Shown here: positions 1 through 8,120 of the stretch, one piece after another | Layout of the letters: the number at the start of each line of letters is the position of its first letter | Position numbering within the stretch: position 1 is the first letter of the stretch | Assembly (NCBI GenBank): GCA_964514965.1 | Contig: CAZETV010000001.1 | Location: 693,063 to 725,062 of the forward strand | DNA length: 32,000 nt | DNA from: Candidatus Hadarchaeota archaeon | GTDB lineage: Archaea > Hadarchaeota > Hadarchaeia > Hadarchaeales > Hadarchaeaceae | Direction: 5' to 3' | Translations under genes and position numbers: made by a program | The notes under the pieces: model-generated | Database searches by the model: none | The model's input: only the letters and a program-made list of their open reading frames with translations | What the model was told of the DNA's origin: nothing

Positions 1-147
1 TTCCGGACGAACTCGCAGAATAGCGAGGGCGCCTTAGGCCGCGGGGCACTGATTTCCTCGTCTGAAATTTTTATCGCCACGGGACTAGTTGGGAGCTGAA
101 AGAACTTCTTGAACTTTTTTGAAAGCTCCTCTAAACTTTTCACTTAT
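1..147 (-). CDS. Partial CDS (runs off the window start), DUF169-like protein N-terminus
   Basis: Reverse-strand translation ISEKFRGAFKKFKKFFQLPTSPVAIKISDEEISAPRPKAPSLFCEFVR resembles the N-terminus of DUF169-type proteins (LPTSPVAVK...RPK...FCE). No ATG/GTG/TTG start lies in this frame, so the exact start is unclear. Confidence 0.4.
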
Positions 148-1337
148 TCCACCTCAACACCGTAAGCTCGAGCGATTTCGTAAAATGCATCGACGACTTT
201 CTGGAGCTGCTCCTTGGTCAACCCATAAGTGTTGAGCTTCATCATCTTGGTCATCCCCGCGTGAATACCCGCAATTTTCCTTTTCTTGAGTTCCTCATAC
301 AGGAAGAAACCTCTCCGCGGGTGTTTCTTCGCGACTTTGTGGAAGGACGGAGTTTCAAAGGCTACCAATGTATGTTGTCGTGGGCGCTCCCCAAGTTGGT
401 GGAAGTCTTTAATGCGTTCGAACTCCTTGACCAACCACCTAACCTTTTCCACCTCCTCATCCCAACGCTTGACCCGCTCGACCACATGTGGAAAACTCGC
501 CATCAACGTCGCGATGGGGGCACCAAAGACCGGCGGGCACCCAAAAAGGTAGACATCTTTCTTGGTGAAAGCACGACCACTCCATGGCCCCTTAATCGTC
601 GAAGTTCGGAATACCTTTCCCGAGAACTCATAGGTGGTGGCGAGCATTCCAATAGGACCACTCGATGACCACGACTTATGCCCACTACAAACCAAGAAAT
701 CAACCCCCAGTTTCTTCCCATCGACAGGCATCACGCCCGCAGTATAAGCAGCGTTGAGAATGTAGGGCACTCCGTATTCCTTCGCTATCTCCCCTACCCC
801 AGCGGCATCGACGAGGTTCCCGTAACGGTAGTCCACATGCGTGAGCAAAATTGCCGCTGGAAGCTCTCCTGTTTCCCGCTTGACCTCCTCAATCTTCGCC
901 GCGTAATCATCGATTTTTATTTTGAATTCGGGATATCCTCCGTGAGGCACTTCAACTATTTTGAGGCCGTTAACTTCAGCTGCGATATAGGTGGTGTAAT
1001 GCGCAAGCGAGTCAATCACAATTGTATCGCCTGGCTCCGCGATTGACTTGAAGATTGCCTGCTTTGCGCCCCGAGCTCCAGGCGTGAATTGGACTTCATC
1101 CATATTCAAGAACTTTGCAACATCACTTGCAAAATCTAAAATAGGCGGCGTTTTTACTAGGTCTATACGGCTCTCAAGACAGAGGTCGCAGGTGCTGTAT
1201 CCATCGCCGAAGGAAAGCAAAGCCTTTCTGGACTCGGGCGGCAACACACCACCGCGTTGGATGGGATGGACGTTAATCCAACTCTCGTCAACCACCCGGC
1301 GAAGGTTTTTGTATTTATCGACATTTATTTTAACCAT
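144..1337 (-). CDS. pscS: O-phospho-L-seryl-tRNA:Cys-tRNA synthase (SepCysS)
   Basis: PLP-fold protein with NVHPIQRGGVLPPESRKALLSFGDGYSTCDLCLE, SGHKSW Lys motif and a third Cys in YLFGCPP, typical of SepCysS. Start at 1337 preferred over 1358 because of the upstream AAGGTGA. Confidence 0.9.
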   Translation of the reverse strand: MVKINVDKYKNLRRVVDESWINVHPIQRGGVLPPESRKALLSFGDGYSTCDLCLESRIDLVKTPPILDFASDVAKFLNMDEVQFTPGARGAKQAIFKSIAEPGDTIVIDSLAHYTTYIAAEVNGLKIVEVPHGGYPEFKIKIDDYAAKIEEVKRETGELPAAILLTHVDYRYGNLVDAAGVGEIAKEYGVPYILNAAYTAGVMPVDGKKLGVDFLVCSGHKSWSSSGPIGMLATTYEFSGKVFRTSTIKGPWSGRAFTKKDVYLFGCPPVFGAPIATLMASFPHVVERVKRWDEEVEKVRWLVKEFERIKDFHQLGERPRQHTLVAFETPSFHKVAKKHPRRGFFLYEELKKRKIAGIHAGMTKMMKLNTYGLTKEQLQKVVDAFYEIARAYGVEVE

Positions 1338-1413
1338 TAACTCACCTTTGAAAAACATTCACAGGTTATAACCCTAAATAACCTTCTTTATAAATTGGGA
1401 GTAGTTGGTTAAT

Positions 1414-1970
1414 ATGGCCGAAGAACTCACCGATCGATTGCTTCGCCAGCCCCCGACGACCGTGGTAGATTTAGTGATGACCGCGAATGGGCTGAAAACT
1501 GGCTCAGAGATTTTGCGAAATCAACGAGATGAAGAGCTTGAGCGGATTATCAAGGAAATGGGATTAATCTATGAGTGGAAAGACGGGTTCTATCTTGTTG
1601 CTTGCTCGAAGGAAGATATAACCAAGCAGGTACCGACTCGGTCTCGCGCGGACAGTGGTTCGGCATCCCCGAGTGCTATATCCAGAACTATCAGGGAAAA
1701 GACAAGGAGGAGCTTCGAAAGCGGCTCACGCTCGAGGAACTCGAACTCCTCGAACGGAGCGAGGGCGTGCCTGATGAGTTCTACCTCTGATCGATGGGTT
1801 ACATCCCATGCAACATGAGGTGCAAACACACTTTAGATCGTGGGCAAAAAACGCGCGCTGCGCTTGACCAAATTGACTCACGCCTCTGGCAAAAGTTCAG
1901 AAATTTCCACATCCACCGAAGACTCGCAGAGTACGGCGGAGAAATCAGAGTGGCAGAAAGGCGAAAATAG
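1414..1970 (+). pseudogene. Disrupted DUF483-like gene (one frameshift plus one in-frame TGA)
   Basis: Frame 1 encodes MAEELTDRLLRQPPTTVVDLVMTANG...FYLVACSKEDITKQ. The homology-like text continues in another frame as RGQWFGIPECYIQNYQGKDKEELRKRLTLEELELLERSEGVPDEFYL, then TGA (1788-1790), then in the same frame SMGYIPCNMRCKHTLDRGQKTRAALDQIDSRLWQKFRNFHIHRRLAEYGGEIRVAERRK, stop at 1968-1970. Confidence 0.65.
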
Positions 1971-2021
1971 AATCTGATATTTTAAATATTCATGCCTCCG
2001 ATATAACAGCGTGATACCGCG

Positions 2022-2999
2022 ATGACAGATAAGATGAAAAAGATTCTGGTCACAGCTGCTTTAGTTCTCTTGATATTAATAGCGGGCGACTCAATAGTAA
2101 AAAACCTGACTAAAAAAGATATGTCACCCGCTACACCCGCCTACCTGCGCGGTTTCGCGTACAACAGCTATGACGACATGACGCAATTTTTAGATCACAT
2201 GAAAGAGGGCAACAGCGTCATGGCTTGGTACGGCGATTGGGACGATGGTGGGCCCGGTGGAGTAGCACGTACGGTCACAGATGACGCAAATCAAAGCAAC
2301 CTCATCCCGCTTGTGATATTCCAGTTCTTCCATCAGGATAACGGTCAACTTCTCCGCCCCCTTGATAACGCAAATAGAACGAACTATAAGGAAATTGCGG
2401 AGAATTACGCATGGGAGCACCATCCGAGATGGTTGGGATTGGGTATAGAGGTTAACATATTGTACGAAAAAAATCCCCAAGATTTCTATGAATTTGTCTC
2501 ATTTTACAACGAGGTCTACGATGCCGTGAAGGCGAAGTCTCCGGAAACAAAAGTTTTCACAGTATTCCAGCTTGAGGCGATTAAAGGTCTTAGCGGTTTG
2601 TCCGGGTCGCACCAGCAGGCGTGGCAACTCATAGATGATTTCAAGCTTGACGCAGTTGGGTTCACGACATACCCTGAGCTGGTGTTTAAGAAACCGAGCG
2701 AAATCCCGGACAACTACTACACAGAGATAGCATTGCACACCAGCAAGCCCATCTTATTTACCGAGATTGCATGGGCGTCCGCGCCGCTGAACACTGCGTG
2801 GGATGCCGATACCACGGCCAGCACACAGGCCGAATTCGTCACGAAGTTCTTTAACTTCACAAGAAGTCTCAACAAAGAACTCGTCGTGTGGCCGTTCATG
2901 CACGACTTGCCCGCCAGCTTTGGTATATTCAAAAAAATGGGGTTAAGAACAGCTAATGACGTGGCCAAGCCCGCGTGGGATGTCTGGGCTAGCTCTTGA
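2022..2999 (+). CDS. Secreted or membrane-anchored glycoside-hydrolase-like protein (TIM-barrel type)
   Basis: N-terminal hydrophobic segment (ILVTAALVLLILIAG) followed by GH-like text: GLGIEVNIL (candidate acid/base Glu) and PILFTEIAWAS (candidate nucleophile Glu). Confidence 0.55.
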   Translation: MTDKMKKILVTAALVLLILIAGDSIVKNLTKKDMSPATPAYLRGFAYNSYDDMTQFLDHMKEGNSVMAWYGDWDDGGPGGVARTVTDDANQSNLIPLVIFQFFHQDNGQLLRPLDNANRTNYKEIAENYAWEHHPRWLGLGIEVNILYEKNPQDFYEFVSFYNEVYDAVKAKSPETKVFTVFQLEAIKGLSGLSGSHQQAWQLIDDFKLDAVGFTTYPELVFKKPSEIPDNYYTEIALHTSKPILFTEIAWASAPLNTAWDADTTASTQAEFVTKFFNFTRSLNKELVVWPFMHDLPASFGIFKKMGLRTANDVAKPAWDVWASS

Positions 3000-3070
3000 G
3001 TAGAAGAGCGCTTACCTATCACCTCTAAAAAATGAATAATCGGAGGTCAAGCCCTAGCGCGAGGCGAAAT

Positions 3071-3110
3071 AACCCCGCCAGCGTCAATTTCGCTGCATCG
3101 TGCTGGGGTT
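3071..3110. terminator. Structured inverted repeat, possible terminator of the upstream gene
   Basis: AACCCC[gcc]AGC...GCTGGGGTT with a nested AGCG/CGCT pair, followed by a pyrimidine-rich CTTTC. Confidence 0.3.
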
Positions 3111-3142
3111 CTTTCAGATATAACTGCGAGGAATGATAATCC

Positions 3143-3171
3143 TTTTAAAGTATAACTAGATATTTAACTAG
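3143..3171 (+). promoter_or_regulatory. Putative promoter/operator of the thrC-like gene
   Basis: TTTTAAAG TATA-like element followed by two direct TAACTAG repeats (3153-3159 and 3165-3171), 12 bp apart, upstream of ATG 3187. Confidence 0.3.
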
Positions 3172-3186
3172 GTTTGAGGTGTTAAA

Positions 3187-4452
3187 ATGGGCAACGTGAC
3201 CGGATTGAGGTGCCGAGAATGCGGCGAGGTTTATCTTAAAAAACTTGTCCACGCCTGCAGTCTGTGCTTCGGCCCACTCGACGTCACCTACGATTATGGG
3301 AAAATTGCCGAGGTAGTGTCGAAAGAATCAATCGCCTGTGGCCCCCCGACCCTTTGGCGCTACCGAGATCTCCTGCCCATCGAGCAATATGCCTCAATAG
3401 TCGACATAGGCGTAGGTTTCACCCCGTTACTGCGAGCCGATAACCTCGCTAGTGAGCTTGGTCTCAAAGAAGTTTACGTGAAGAACGACTCGGTCAATCC
3501 TACCTTCTCTTTCAAGGATCGACCATCAAGCATCGCGGTTTCTAAGGCGATCGAATTCGGCTCTCCCGCAGTGGGTGCTGCTTCGACGGGCAACCTCTCG
3601 GGAGCGATGGCTGCCCATGCTGCTAAAGCTCGCCTGCCATGTTTCATCTTTATCCCCGAGGGCCTAGAAATCTCAAAGGTCGCTCAAACGCTCTCATACG
3701 GCGCCCACATCATCGAAGTCAAGGGCACTTACGACCAAGCGAACCGGCTTGCCACAGAAATAGCCCTTACGAGCAACATCGCCTTCGCAAACATCAATGT
3801 TCGCCCTTACTATGTCGAGGGCTCGAAAACGCTGACGTTCGAAGTCTGTGAACAGTTAGGCTGGAAAGCGCCCGAACACATCATCATACCTGTTGCTTCG
3901 GGAGCTCTTCTTCACGCTGCTTGGCGAGGGCTCAAAGAGCTTGAGGAAGTCGGGCTCATCGATAATTGGAGTACCCGAATCTCCGCAGCACAAGCTGAGG
4001 GCTGTTCTCCAGTAGTTCAAGCTTTACTGAAAGGAGCTAGCGAGATAAAACCCGTCGAGAAGCCAGACACTACTTGCAAATCGCTTGCCATAGGCGACCC
4101 CGCCGATGGGTACTACGCCATCCAAGCCGTACGAGCCACCAAGGGCTCAGGCAGGAATCCTAACGACAAACAGATTCTCGAAGGCGTCAAACTCCTAGCC
4201 AAGACGGAAGGTGTATTCACCGAGCCCGCGGGTGGAACCGTCGTTGCTGCACTCAAACAACTTGTTGAGGACGGCGAGGTTGAGCGCGACGAACAAGTGG
4301 TACTCTACATCACTGGTAACGGGCTGAAGACGCAGGAAAGCATTGCCTCTGCGCTTCCCAAGACTCACCGAATTGAGCCAGCAATCGAAAGTTTTAGGGG
4401 GCTAGTCAACAAACTTCAAACTCCCGGAGTAAAATGGTTGGAGGGGATGTAA
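3187..4452 (+). CDS. thrC: Threonine synthase family PLP enzyme
   Basis: CxxC..CxxC N-terminal motif (LRCRECGEVYLKKLVHACSLC), NPTFSFKDR PLP-Lys motif, GAASTGNLSGA, ITGNGLKT. Confidence 0.85.
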   Translation: MGNVTGLRCRECGEVYLKKLVHACSLCFGPLDVTYDYGKIAEVVSKESIACGPPTLWRYRDLLPIEQYASIVDIGVGFTPLLRADNLASELGLKEVYVKNDSVNPTFSFKDRPSSIAVSKAIEFGSPAVGAASTGNLSGAMAAHAAKARLPCFIFIPEGLEISKVAQTLSYGAHIIEVKGTYDQANRLATEIALTSNIAFANINVRPYYVEGSKTLTFEVCEQLGWKAPEHIIIPVASGALLHAAWRGLKELEEVGLIDNWSTRISAAQAEGCSPVVQALLKGASEIKPVEKPDTTCKSLAIGDPADGYYAIQAVRATKGSGRNPNDKQILEGVKLLAKTEGVFTEPAGGTVVAALKQLVEDGEVERDEQVVLYITGNGLKTQESIASALPKTHRIEPAIESFRGLVNKLQTPGVKWLEGM

Positions 4453-4453
4453 A

Positions 4454-5557
4454 ATGGTGAAAGTAAATGTGAAATTTTCGGTGATGTTCAAGGACGCGAC
4501 AGAGACCACTACGACCACTGTGGATATGGCGGGTGAGACGGTAAAGGATCTCATTGACACCCTGATCAAACAGTTTGGACCGCAATTTGGCGAGCGAATA
4601 CTAGATGCGAAGACGGGCGGAGTCTGGAGGTTCGTCAACATCTTCGTTAACGGCAAGGATATCCGGAACCTACAGGGGGTCGACACGAAGCTTGAAGAGG
4701 GGGCCGAGGTGAGATTGATCCCTGCGGTCGCGGGCGGTAGCGAGTTTCTCGGCTTCACTCAGGACCAAATCGTGCGCTACAGCCGACAGATAATTTTGAA
4801 GGAAGTCGGCGGCAAGGGGCAGCGAAAGCTCCTGAACTCGAAGGTATTGGTCGTGGGTGCTGGGGGCCTCGGCTCGCCCGCCTCCCTCTACCTCTCTGCG
4901 GCAGGCGTAGGAAAGATTGGAATCATCGACAGCGACAAAGTCGACCTGAGCAACCTCCAGCGGCAGCTCCTCCACACGAATGACGACATCGACCGACCGA
5001 AAATCGAGTCAGCCAAAGAGAAACTCTTAAAGATAAATCCTGAGATAGAAGTCATCACCTATAATGAGAAGCTTACCACTGATAACGCTTTAAACATCGT
5101 CGGGGAATGGGACTTCGTGCTCGACGGAAGCGACAACTTTCCCACAAAATTTCTCATAAACGACGCCTGTGTGCTTAAAGGTGTTCCACTTTCCCATGGT
5201 GGTGTCCTGCGCTTCACGGGGATGACGACAACTATCCTTCCCGGCAAGGGGGCCTGCTATCGCTGCCTGACGCCCGAAGCTCCCCCTCTTGGGATGATCC
5301 CGACCTGCCAGGAGGCCGGGGTGCTGGGAGCGGTACCAGGCGTGATTGGGACGATCCAAGCCACAGAGACTTTGAAATACCTGCTCGGCGCCGGTAATCT
5401 CCTAGTCGGACGCATCCTCTTCTTCGACGCGCTCGAGATGTGCTTCGAGGAGTTTGAGCTAAAGCGAGACCCCAAGTGCCAAGTCTGTGGAAACCAACCT
5501 ATTATCAAGGATCCATCCCAAGTGGACTACGGCCATGTCTGCGAGGTGCGATTCTGA
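4454..5557 (+). CDS. Fusion: N-terminal CysO/MoaD-like ubiquitin-fold domain + MoeB/ThiF-type E1 adenylyltransferase
   Basis: N-terminal ~93 aa (...WRFVNIFVNGKDIR...LIPAVAGG) resembles mycobacterial CysO, ending in diglycine. Then an E1 domain: VLVVGAGGLGSP, NLQRQLLH, LDGSDNFPTKFLINDA, catalytic-Cys region TCQEAGVLG, Zn-type CYRC and CQVC pairs. Confidence 0.88.
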   Translation: MVKVNVKFSVMFKDATETTTTTVDMAGETVKDLIDTLIKQFGPQFGERILDAKTGGVWRFVNIFVNGKDIRNLQGVDTKLEEGAEVRLIPAVAGGSEFLGFTQDQIVRYSRQIILKEVGGKGQRKLLNSKVLVVGAGGLGSPASLYLSAAGVGKIGIIDSDKVDLSNLQRQLLHTNDDIDRPKIESAKEKLLKINPEIEVITYNEKLTTDNALNIVGEWDFVLDGSDNFPTKFLINDACVLKGVPLSHGGVLRFTGMTTTILPGKGACYRCLTPEAPPLGMIPTCQEAGVLGAVPGVIGTIQATETLKYLLGAGNLLVGRILFFDALEMCFEEFELKRDPKCQVCGNQPIIKDPSQVDYGHVCEVRF

Positions 5558-5796
5558 TGGTTGAACACAAGGTCAACCAAAAAATCGACATTCGTGGTGA
5601 TGTCTGCCCCTACACCTTCGTCAAGTCCAAGCTCGCCCTTGAGGGTCTCAAGAGCGGTCAAGTATTGGAGGTAATCGTCGACCACACTCCCGCGACCGAG
5701 AATGTGCCACGTAGCATGGAGGCCGAGGGACACAATGTGCTCGAGGTCGCAAAGATAGGCGAGCACGAGTGGCGAATTGTTATCCAGAAGGCCTAG
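5557..5796 (+). CDS. TusA/SirA-like sulfur carrier protein
   Basis: IDIRGDVCPYTFVKSKLALEGLKSGQVLEVIVDH...; ATG overlaps the TGA of the E1 fusion gene (ATGA). Confidence 0.8.
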   Translation: MVEHKVNQKIDIRGDVCPYTFVKSKLALEGLKSGQVLEVIVDHTPATENVPRSMEAEGHNVLEVAKIGEHEWRIVIQKA

Positions 5797-6221
5797 TGGG
5801 TCTCGATTTCCAGCTCTTCAACTTTGCTTTTTTTCAAAATGTATGCTTTTCGTTCTAAAACCCGGTCCTTCACCACGCTCAAAATCAGCCACGCTACCTC
5901 CGGCCATAAATTCATTATCTCTGCATCACGCGCACTCACATAAGCATGAATGTTAGGGTGGGAGTGGTATATCCCAACAAGCTCGAACCCACTCCGCTCC
6001 GCGCGGTCGACCGCCTTAAACACGAATTCAGGATCTGCCTCGAACGCAACGGGGGATCCGAGCACGTTCTCTGCTTCGACGGCTTCCTCGACCTCAATTA
6101 CGTCCTCGCTGGACTTGCCGAAAATCAGACCACAGCACTCGTAGGGGAAATTCTTCAGCGTGTGGGCCTCGATCGCCTTTAGGTCCTTGGGTTTTAGCTT
6201 GAGCTTCATCCGCCCCCCCAA
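5793..6221 (-). CDS. JAMM/MPN+ metalloprotease domain protein (Mec/Rri1-like)
   Basis: FPYECCGLIFG (conserved Glu) and HSHPNIHAYVSARD, matching H-x-H-x10-D. Confidence 0.85.
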   Translation of the reverse strand: MGGRMKLKLKPKDLKAIEAHTLKNFPYECCGLIFGKSSEDVIEVEEAVEAENVLGSPVAFEADPEFVFKAVDRAERSGFELVGIYHSHPNIHAYVSARDAEIMNLWPEVAWLILSVVKDRVLERKAYILKKSKVEELEIETH

Positions 6222-6377
6222 CTAACTCACAGTCTTGCTAAAAATAGCTCGTTTTGAGTTATTCAGATGACGTCTACTAGACCTGCTCCCGCCATAAATA
6301 TCTCAAAGGAACCATCAGATTTTGTAAGTTTTGGTTTACACGCCTCGCGGTTTAAGGGAACGTTTGTTCTACTAAGC

Positions 6378-6986
6378 CTAACCTAGCGGATTTCTGAGAT
6401 ACCTCAATAGGTACTCCTGACCTGATGCTCTCAACCTTTTCCCGATTAACTTCTTTAACTCGGGAACGCACTCGCCAGTCTTGGCTGAAATCGGGACCAA
6501 AATGTCGAGCCACTGACGCCATGGAAAAGACATGCCAAGCTTCTCGCAAATGTTATCGAACACTTCATCGCGCTCCTCAGGGTAAATGAGATCGATCTTG
6601 TTCGCGACAACGATTGGACGGAGTTCAAGTTCCTGCAAAAACTGAAACATCTCAACGTCTACGGGTATCTGGCCCCGCCGTTCCCACCGTTCTACAATCT
6701 CGCCGAAAGCACGGGCATCGAGCACCTCAAGTGCAAAAATAATCCTTCGCCTATTTCGCTCCAAGTAGCGCACAATACTCGTCTTTATTCCTTCCTGCCT
6801 TTCGCGACTGACGCCCACCATAAAACCAAAGCCCGGCATGTCAACCAGCTCAACCTCACCGTACCGATAACGGTAAGGTCTACGCGTCACCCCGGGCCGC
6901 TTGCCCACTCGAACCCGCTTTCCCGTGAGCTGCCGAATTACGCTCGACTTCCCGACGTTCGAGCGGCCGACTAACACAATCTCCAT
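6378..6986 (-). CDS. engB: EngB-like GTP-binding protein
   Basis: GRSNVGKSSVIRQLTG (P-loop), DMPGFGF (G3), NKIDL (G4), SAKTG (G5). Confidence 0.85.
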   Translation of the reverse strand: MEIVLVGRSNVGKSSVIRQLTGKRVRVGKRPGVTRRPYRYRYGEVELVDMPGFGFMVGVSRERQEGIKTSIVRYLERNRRRIIFALEVLDARAFGEIVERWERRGQIPVDVEMFQFLQELELRPIVVANKIDLIYPEERDEVFDNICEKLGMSFPWRQWLDILVPISAKTGECVPELKKLIGKRLRASGQEYLLRYLRNPLG

Positions 6987-7025
6987 CTTTACCCAATTAC
7001 CACTATGACCACTAAACTATAGCAA

Positions 7026-7048
7026 TTTATATGAATGTATATTCATAT
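7026..7048 (+). promoter_or_regulatory. Putative ArsR operator overlapping a TATA element
   Basis: Perfect inverted repeat ATATGAAT-GTAT-ATTCATAT (7029-7048), overlapping TTTATATG (7026-7033), 16 nt upstream of ATG 7065. Confidence 0.55.
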
Positions 7049-7064
7049 CTTAGCAGATGAAAAT

Positions 7065-8120
7065 ATGGTCGAAAGAAGATTGGGCGTATTCGAGAAATAC
7101 CTTACAGTCTGGGTCATCGCCTGTATAATCGCTGGTATAGTTCTAGGTAGGTTCCTTCCCACGTTAGCTCAAACTCTCAGCAATATTCAGTACGCCAACG
7201 TTTCAATCCCGATTGCGATTTGCCTTTTCTTCATGATTTATCCGATAATGATTCAAATCGACTTCAAAAAGGTAATCCAAGCTGGGAAAACCCCAAAACC
7301 CGTTGGGATAACACTGTTCGTGAACTGGCTAATCAAACCTTTCACCATGGCCTTCTTTGCTTGGCTCTTCATGTCAGTGATTTGGGCCCCGTTCATAACT
7401 CCTCAGATGGCCTCACAGTACGCGGCGGGAATGATACTTTTAGGTGTCGCCCCGTGTACAGCGATGGTGCTGGTCTGGAGCTATCTCTCTCGAGGTAACA
7501 TGGGGCATACGCTGGTGATGGTCGCCATAAACTCTCTGATTATGCTAGTACTCTATGCACCCCTCGGAGGATTTCTGCTTGGCGTTGCACAGATTCCGGT
7601 TCCGTGGATTACGATTGCGTTTTCCGTTGGAGTTTACGTAGGATTACCGCTGGTGGCGGGCTACTTCTCACGGAAGGAACTCCTGCGAAGGAAGGGGCGC
7701 GAGTGGTTCGACGGTTTTTCTTCCCGCCTCCACTACGTCTCAATCATCGCCTTACTCATCACACTCGTGGTGCTATTCAGTTTGCAAGGGGATGTAATCA
7801 TTCAACAACCACTGGTCATCGCAATGATCGCTCTGCCCCTGATGATCCAGACTTTCCTGATATTCTGGGTGAGCTATGGTATATCCAAAGTAGGGGGACT
7901 GACATACGAGGATGCTGCGCCTACATCGCAAATAGGCGCGAGCAACCATTTCGAAGTTGCGATTGCTGTGGCAACGGTGCTCTTTGGCCTCAACTCTGGA
8001 GCCGCGCTCGCGACTGTAGTGGGGGTTTTGATTGAAGTCCCCATCATGCTCACGCTAGTGAAAATATGCCTTCGAACCCAACATTGGTTCCCGAAAAATG
8101 GAGCGAGTAAAATTGACTGA
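7065..8120 (+). CDS. Acr3-family arsenite efflux permease
   Basis: Ten-TM-like protein: [59 protein letters not shown]. Start at 7065 rather than 7035, which lies inside the palindrome. Confidence 0.85.
   Translation: MVERRLGVFEKYLTVWVIACIIAGIVLGRFLPTLAQTLSNIQYANVSIPIAICLFFMIYPIMIQIDFKKVIQAGKTPKPVGITLFVNWLIKPFTMAFFAWLFMSVIWAPFITPQMASQYAAGMILLGVAPCTAMVLVWSYLSRGNMGHTLVMVAINSLIMLVLYAPLGGFLLGVAQIPVPWITIAFSVGVYVGLPLVAGYFSRKELLRRKGREWFDGFSSRLHYVSIIALLITLVVLFSLQGDVIIQQPLVIAMIALPLMIQTFLIFWVSYGISKVGGLTYEDAAPTSQIGASNHFEVAIAVATVLFGLNSGAALATVVGVLIEVPIMLTLVKICLRTQHWFPKNGASKID

Noticed and set aside
1788-1790. TGA as a selenocysteine codon in the DUF483-like gene
   Set aside because: An additional upstream frameshift exists in the same gene and no SECIS-like structure is evident, so pseudogenisation or sequence error is more likely.
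6222-6377. Possible C/D box sRNA between JAMM and engB
   Set aside because: No clear RUGAUGA and CUGA box pair with suitable spacing.
7604-8035. 143-aa ORF inside the Acr3 gene
   Set aside because: Out-of-frame overlap with a clear transporter; composition not protein-like.
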